A stretch of DNA of 56,499 bases, filler included, from Dugesia japonica (lineage: Eukaryota), in the NCBI GenBank assembly GCA_001938525.1. It is 4 parts of 4 records of this genome, joined end to end, with 100 filler letters (N's around TTAATTAATTAA, not from the genome) between each part and the next. Parts side by side here need not be neighbours in the genome. Positions count along the whole stretch, not along the records: positions 45,491 to 56,499 come from MQRL01641282.1; 3 more parts are not named here. One strand, 5' to 3'. The position numbers were made by a program, and so were the translations under genes. The notes beneath the pieces were generated by a model. That model was not told where the DNA came from. It searched no databases and worked only from the letters and a program-made list of their open reading frames with translations. Below are positions 49,200-56,499 of the stretch, in pieces. Each line of letters begins with the position of its first letter. Position 1 is the first letter of the stretch.

Positions 49200-52100
49200 G
49201 CAGTTAGAAGTTACGCGAGAGTTACAAGTCGGAATTATCAGAAAGCTATAAATTATACAGTGAGTAGACATGTAGAATCAAGAAACAAAAATCGAAATAT
49301 TGAATGTTGGCTAAGCCACAGGTTTGGTCAACAAAGAAAGAAAAAATTGTCCAACAAAGAAAGTAAAAAAAAGTCGAGGTTGCCCAGATATAAAAACCAA
49401 CAAAATTTTTTGGTTGTGGAAAGGTGGGCTACCTTAGAAGATTATGCCAAGAGGTGACGTGTAAAAGATATGTAAATGGTAGACATAGGACAGAAACGTG
49501 TTATAAAAATTTGAAAATGAAAAAAACAACCGAGAAATTTGTGAATANNNNNNNNNNNNNNNNNNNNNNNNNNNNNNNNNNNNNNNNNNNNNNNNNNNNN
49601 NNNNNNNNNNNNNNNNNNNNNNNNNNNNNNNNNNNAAGTGATTCCGAAAGGCAGTACCTAAAAGGCAGGGCTCCACGAGTAGATGAGTTGGTTGCAGCCA
49701 TCCATTGTTAAATTGTTAGATATAATATTTAAACATATTTGTTTAAATATTATTGATTTATTATAATTTTAATAAACTTTGAANNNNNNNNNNNNNNNNN
49801 NNNNNNNNNNNNNNNNNNNNNNNNNNNNNNNNNAGATATAATATTTAAACATATTTGTTTAAATATTATTGATTTATTATAATTTTAATAAACTTTGAAA
49901 ATGTTTTCTTTTGAATTACTAAATCTAAGTGGCGACCATGTAGAAGTTAGTGCCATTACTAGGCAAAAGAAAGAAGAGCGACAAAAGATTTTTAAAAATC
50001 TTCCAAAAGCTACGCAAGAAATGCTGATTCCAAAGCCTACATTCTTTGATGGCTCTTCAGATACTGCAGAAGATTGGATGCCAGCCACTAAGGAATTTGC
50101 CATATTTAATCAAATGGGGATTTCTTTTGCATTTGACATGCTATTACGAGGCGATTCCAAGGAATTGTGGCAAGAAACGAACGCAAACGAGGATTTCAAT
50201 TCAAAAGAATAGTGCGAAACTTGGTTTCGATCAACATTTATTAATGATAAATCTTTGGTTGACAAAATTACAGATCTATCATCAGTTAAACAAAGAATTG
50301 ATGGAAAATATCGNAATTTCGAAATAAGAGTAAAAAAGCTTGTTCACGATATATTTGAAAGTAAAAGATCACCAGAGGAAATATCAAGAGTTTTTATTCT
50401 GAATGGTTTAAGAAGTGGGAAACTTAAAGAATCCTTTGCACTCCAACCAGAATTAAATGACGAAAACGTCGAGAATCAGCTGAAAACCTTGATAAATTTG
50501 TAGCGAAAAGTAATGTAAATGTTGTCAACGAAAGCTGTGCAAGTGAAATTAAGAGATCAGGTTTTGAACCAAAATTTAATAAAATGGGAAATAATTACAG
50601 AGGACAGTATTTTCATCTCGCAGAAAATACTCCAAAATATTCTACAATTTCTAGAAAACCGACAAACGATTCAAAAATTGGAGATAATATGCAACAATTA
50701 AAAGATATGAATGTAGAACAAAAAAGAGAATTTCCAAAACATTCTCTGAAATATGTAGCAACAAAAATTTATATTAGATGTCATTGTAAAGCTTCTCCAA
50801 GAGTAGAATTCCTAAAGCATGGTGCTTGTTTCTACTGTGGAGAAACAAACCATAGAAGTATAAATTGCCCTTTCAAAAATAGGTGTTTAATATGCGGTAA
50901 AGAAGGCCATGCTTTCAGAAATTGTGCATTATTACAAAGAGGGCACAATAACCAAAGAATATTATGTATAGCGGAACAAGAAAGGGAAAATCCTTAAATG
51001 AATGTGACTCCTTAATTTATTTTGAACATGATGCAATAAATATCTTAGAAAATAATGAAAAAAATGTCCAGCAACCCGCTGTGTCCATCTCGTCAGTGAG
51101 GTTGCATTAAAGAATTTTAAAGAGAAAAATCGAGATATTGATAGGAGACCTGATGCTAAACTGATGTATCAAAAACGTAATGGTAGAAATTGGAGCAGTG
51201 TAAATTGTAATGGAATTAATGTAGAGACGTTATGGAATTCTGAAGCGTCTGTCTCAGTGATGAGTGAGGAAATTGGGAAGAAAATTGGTTCACCTAAAAT
51301 TCAATTTTCAAATATAATGCTAGCTGGAGTATTTTCTGAGAAAAGTGAAAAATGCATAAGAAAAGCNAGAATTAAATTATTTTGAAATAAAAAGCATATT
51401 GAGAAAGAAATAATTATTGTTAAAGACATTTGTCCAAATCTTATTGGTGGTATCTATATAATGGAAGCGTTTGGAATGGGAATAAAAGAGATCAATTTCA
51501 TAGATTCAAAAGATGTTATATGCAAAAATNNNNNNNNNNNNNNNNNNNNNNNNNNNNNNNNNNNNNNNNNNNNNNNNNNNNNNNNNNNNNNNNNNNNNNN
51601 NNNNNNNNNNNNNNNNNNNNNNNNNNNNNNNNNNNNNNNNNNNNNNNNNNNNNNNNNNNNNNNNNNNNNNNNNNNNNNNNNNNNNNNNNNNNNNNNNNNN
51701 NNNNNNNNNNNNNNNAAGATAGAAGAATTAATACAAAATCTATTATCAGCAAATGTTATAAAACCTTGTCGAAGTCCATGGAATTCTCCGTTAGTGATTG
51801 TTCCAAAAAAAGATGGTTCTCTAAGAATGTGCCTTGATTTTAGTAAATTGAATTAAGTTACTGAAAAATATTCATTTCCTGATCTAGATATAAATATGTT
51901 ATTGGATACATTAAATGGCTCTATGTTTTTCTCATCAATTGATCTAGGACAGGCATATTATCAAATTGAATTAACNNNNNNNNNNNNNNNNNNNNNNNNN
52001 NNNNNNNNNNNNNNNNNNNNNNNNNNNNNNNNNNNNNNNNNNNNNNNNNNNNNNNNNNCTCCTGCAACATTTCAAGAATTAATGCATAAAATTTTCCACA

Positions 52101-55100
52101 AGATGTTATTTACTGGAGTGCTCGTTTATCTTAATGACATTTTAATTTTTGGTCAGACACAAGAAATTCATGATAAACATTTAGAAAATTTGTTGGAATT
52201 AATTGAAAAATCTGGTTTAAAAATTAATCCTGAAAAATGTATATTTAGTATTTCAAAACTCAGATTTCTTGGTCATACAATCAGTTCTAAAGGTGTTGAA
52301 ACAAATGATGACATTATTAATAAAGTAAAAGAAGCTGTCATTTCAAATTGTGCAACTCAGATTCGAACCTTCTTGGGATTGACAAATTATTATCGTAGAT
52401 TTATTAAAGATTACGCAACAATTGCCAGTCCATTATATGCAGCAATAACTGGATCAAAAGAATTCGTAGAGTGGACTGAAGAATGTGACAGCAGTTTTAA
52501 ACTAAAAGAAAAATTATGTAGTTCTCCAATCTTGGCATTTCCGAATCTTGAAAGTAAAATGATGTTAGATACAGACGCGAGTTTCAATGCAATTGATGCT
52601 GTTTTGAGTCAATTGTCGAGAGATGGTGCGGAAACTGTTATTGCTTATACATCTCGTAATTTGAATGATCATGAAAAGTGTTATTGTGTAACCAGAAAAG
52701 AATTATTGGCACTACACGAATTTATGATTCATTTCAAGCATTATCTCTATGGGAAAAAGTTCATCGCCCAAACTGATCATAAGGCATTAGTGTTTATGAA
52801 AAAAACAAGTAAACCAATTAGTTCACAGTTCCAGACGTGGATTACAAACCAAGTAGAATTTGATTTTAATCTTCAATTTNGTTAAGGAATTGATCATGGT
52901 ANTGCGGATGGATTATCAAGAATAGNAGAAATTTTATGTGCTCAATGTTTGACGACTCATCACGATGCAAANGGTGAAAAATCTAGAGTTAGAAGAATTA
53001 ATATTGTAGAAAGGTCAAGTTATGATAAAGAAAGTATCAGAAAAATTTCAAGTAATGATCAAATTACCAAAGAGATAATTAAATATATTAAAGATCAAAN
53101 NNNNNNNNNNNNNNNNNNNNNNNNNNNNNNNNNNNNNNNNNNNNNNNNNCAAGTAAACCAATTAGTTCACAGTTCCAGACGTGGATTACAAACCAAGTAG
53201 AATTTGATTTTAATCTTCAATTTAGTTAAGGAATTGATCATGGTAATGCGGATGGATTATCAAGAATAGAAGAAATTTTATGTGCTCAATGTTTGACGAC
53301 TCATCACGATGCAAAAGGTGAAAAATCTAGAGTTAGAAGAATTAATATTGTAGAAAGGTCAAGTTATGATAAAGAAAGTATCAGAAAAATTTCAAGTAAT
53401 GATCAAATTACCAAAGAGATAATTAAATATATTAAAGATCAAANNTTCCAAGTTAGTAAAAATTTAAATAAAAGTAAATACTTCAGAGATATTGATAAAT
53501 TCGTTATGGAAGAAGATATATTGCTGTTTCTTGAAAAAAATTCGAAGAGGATTGTTTTAGCAGGTAAATCAGTGGTTGATTTAATAAATTACATTCATGA
53601 AGAATTATGCCACTTGGGAACGATAAAATTAACTGAATATATTCAAACAACTTATTTTTGACCTGATATGTTCAGAACAATTGAATAGGAGTTAAAAAAA
53701 TGCTTAATTTGCAATCAAAGGAAAACATATACAGGCAAAACAAAAGAATGTTTATTACCTCGAACCGAATTTGGAGCACTAGAACAGATTGTCATTGATA
53801 TAGCTTATTTTGATAAATCAAAGTTAATGAAGAAGTATGTTTTAGTCATTATAGATTGATACAGCNAACTTGTTAGCCTGTCAGCCATGGCAAAACAAGA
53901 CGAAATATCTGTAGTTGAATCAATAAAAGAGAATTGGATATATAGATTCGGCAAGCCCAAATCCACACTGACAGATAGAGGCAAGATATTTGAAGGAAAA
54001 TTAATGAAAGGAATGACTCATAAATTTGGAATTACCAAAAAGAATTTTCGTTTCCATACCAACATCAATCAAACGGATTGGCAGAAAGAACGATCAGGAT
54101 CTACGTGATATGATTGTCACTACAATAAAAAGTGGATGTGAAGAAGTTAGTTGGGATAAGCTATTACCTCGAANNNNNNNNNNNNNNNNNNNNNNNNNNN
54201 NNNNNNNNNNNNNNNNNNNNNNNNNNNNNNNNNNNNNNNNNNNNNNNNNNNNNNNNNNNNNNNNNNNNNNNNNNNNNNNNNNNNNNNNNNNNNNNNNNNN
54301 NNNNNNNNNNNNNNNNNNNNNNNNNNNNNNNNNNNNAAATGAATATGAATCAGATAAAAGAGTACACCGGAATTTTGTTGAAGGGGAAGAAGTTCTAGTA
54401 AAGGTAGAACGTCACAACTTGAAGAAAAATGGAAAAGATATGAAGGTCCTTTTGAAATATTATAATTTCTAAGCCCACATCAAGTGCTTTCAAATTATTC
54501 TGGAATCCCTAAACCACGAAGGATCGAGTGACTAAAAAAAATAGATGTTCAAAAAGATTAAAAAGGAGGGATATTAGATATAATATTTAAACATATTTGT
54601 TTAAATATTATTGATTTATTATAATTTTAATAAACTTTGAAAATGTCTACTTTTGAATTACAAAATCTAACTTAAATAAGGTGAGTGATTATTCTCAAGG
54701 AGTCGAAAAGTGGGATGATATCAAGAAAGTTACATAAAAAGTATACAGGGTTTTAAAGAGGGGAAATGTTGCGGATGATAGAAAAGTAGAACAGGTTGGA
54801 ACAATTTAAGCAGAACAGAAAACAAATATTTGGTACCATTGCAAGGCAAACCAAGTGTTACGGTATAAATTCAAGGAAATAAAGTCGAATGTCTATTATA
54901 TGTAGGGGCTAGAATTAACTTTATGAGTTTGAGTTGCTTAAATAAATTACGAGATCTGCATTTAGAAATGAGCAATGAAAGATTGCAATGTGAAAACGAT
55001 AGTACACTTGAAATTGTTTGGNATGTTAGAACTGGAATGACAATTGATGACGTTCTTAGTTGCAGAAAGATTGACACCAGATCTGATTGGAGGAGTAGAT

Positions 55101-56165
55101 ATTCAGAAGACCTATGGATACCAGCTTGTACGAAAAGTGAACAGTAAAACTAATTTAAAAGTCGAAAATTACATTTGTAATATTGAAGCATAATTTGGGA
55201 GACAAAAATAAAATGGGAGAGTGATTGACAAGAGCTTTAAGTATTCTGAAGATTAAAGACGATGATCGGTTATTGAAGATATTTGGAAATAAAGAAGATG
55301 TTTTCATGGCAGATAAATGAGATGTAGGACGCACACATCTGATAAAACACAAACTACAAGTGGTGAACTGATTAACGTTAAACCGTTTAGACAATCAATG
55401 AACTTAGAAGCTATAATTCAAGAAGCTATTTAGAACCTGTTTGAGAATAATATTATCCGGAAATGCAACTCTCCATGGAATACTCCACTGATTTGTGTGT
55501 TGGATAAAAGAAAAGAAACACATAAGAATATGCTTGAATGCGGTAACGAAAAGACCAACCTTTCCGATGCCTAACGTTGATTAAATGCTGTACAAGTTAG
55601 ATGGAGCAAAATATTTCAGTTCAATAGATTTGAGAAATGCATATCTCAAGAAAAAACGGTATTTTCAACAAAGCCGGACAATATTGTTTTAATAGAATGC
55701 TTTTCGGGATTGCAGCGGCACCAGGAACATTTCAGGAGAAAAGTGGTTCGTAGAATCAAAGGAGCCATGGTATATCTTGATGACATACTGATATTTACGA
55801 ACAATAAGGACCAACACTATGAAGTAATTGAAAGAGTATTGACGGAAATAACGAAGGCAGGTTTAAGAATCAATCCAGAAAAGTGTCAGTTTCTACAAAG
55901 CGAAATCAAATTTCTTGGGCACTTAATCAGAAGAGATGGTGTTAGAGCTGATCCGTCTAAAACAGAAGTTGCGAAGCTTCCTAGGAATTTGTAATTACTA
56001 CAGGAAGTCTATAGAAAACTACGAAAGAAAATCAAGGATCTTAGAACAGTTATGTAGCGGACTAAGCAACAAGAAGTTGAAATGAATAGATGAAATAAAC
56101 AATACTTTTGAGGGTTTGAAGAAAGCTCTAATGACTGCGCCAATATTGTGTATTCCTATATTCTG
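49200..56165 (+). mobile_element. Older Ty3/Gypsy element split by the 49714-54672 insertion
   Basis: Gag-like remains lie left of the insertion (weak). Right of it: KVECLLYVGARINFMS (PR), DVGRTHLIKH, SPWNTPL, YFSSIDL, AMVYLDDILIF, INPEKC, FLGH and LMTAPIL. Confidence 0.75.
49714..54672 (+). mobile_element. Structurally complete but decayed Ty3/Gypsy LTR retrotransposon with ~101-bp LTRs
   Basis: The 5' LTR starts TGTTAGAT at 49714 (duplicated across the N gap) and ends near 49928. PBS TGGCGACCA at 49930. Then gag with CFYCGETNHRSINC/CLICGKEGHAFRNC, PR, RT (YLND), RNase H (DTDAS) and IN. PPT AAAAGGAGGGA, 3' LTR 54572-54672, TSD TAAAT (49709-49713 / 54673-54677). Confidence 0.93.
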
Positions 56166-56399
56166 CAACTTACTATTTCCAGAATTTAAAGTAACAAAAG
56201 AAATATGTAAAGAATTCTTCATTTTACAAAAATATTTATTATTTACTATATATTTTATACTTTTCATTAGTATTTCACACATTTTATTGATTTTTTTAAA
56301 CATAATCATGGATGATGATTAATAATTTCAAAATATTTTCTTTAGAAAAGAAATTTAAAACAATCATTAAAATTAACGATAATTAATAATTCATCTAGT

Positions 56400-56499
56400 T
56401 TAATAAATAATTTTAAATAAATAAATAATAAATAAATTAATAAATAAATTAATAAATAAATTAATAAATAAATTAATAAATAAATTAATAAATAAATTA
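56400..56499. repeat. AT-only tandem repeat (TAAATAAATTAA)n
   Basis: Directly visible at the window end. Confidence 0.9.

Noticed and set aside
49714-49928. Apparent double 5' LTR
   Set aside because: Identical sequence flanks a 51-N gap, so this is an assembly overlap.
52806-53442. Apparent tandem duplication in pol (MTTHHDA.. twice)
   Set aside because: Near-identical sequence on both sides of an N gap indicates an unmerged contig overlap.

Overview
AT-rich eukaryotic (probably invertebrate) draft sequence. It is four contigs joined by artificial 100-bp spacers (44 N + TTAATTAATTAA + 44 N, at 15374-15473, 26130-26229 and 45391-45490), so adjacency across these points means nothing. Host genes are few: a complete 4-exon TAF13 with 39-45 nt introns (458-944), a large coiled-coil gene (13677-15171) and a Kelch-repeat fragment (48476-48808). 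The rest is mostly decayed mobile DNA: several Ty3/Gypsy elements (one complete, with ~101-bp LTRs and a TAAAT TSD), two Tigger/pogo transposases, hAT-Buster remnants, Penelope-like elements and three nested Polintons/Mavericks. The main find is a decayed minus-strand Ty3/Gypsy-type element (~17070-24130) that reads as one polyprotein: unknown N-terminal region, Bcl-2-like domain (BH3?/BH1/BH2), hydrophobic anchor/internal signal, chuvirus-like class III fusion glycoprotein with TM, aspartic protease 1, three CCHC zinc knuckles, aspartic protease 2, then reverse transcriptase. This places env and an apoptosis-regulator fold upstream of pol. All domain calls come from manual translation and motif recognition; no searches were run.
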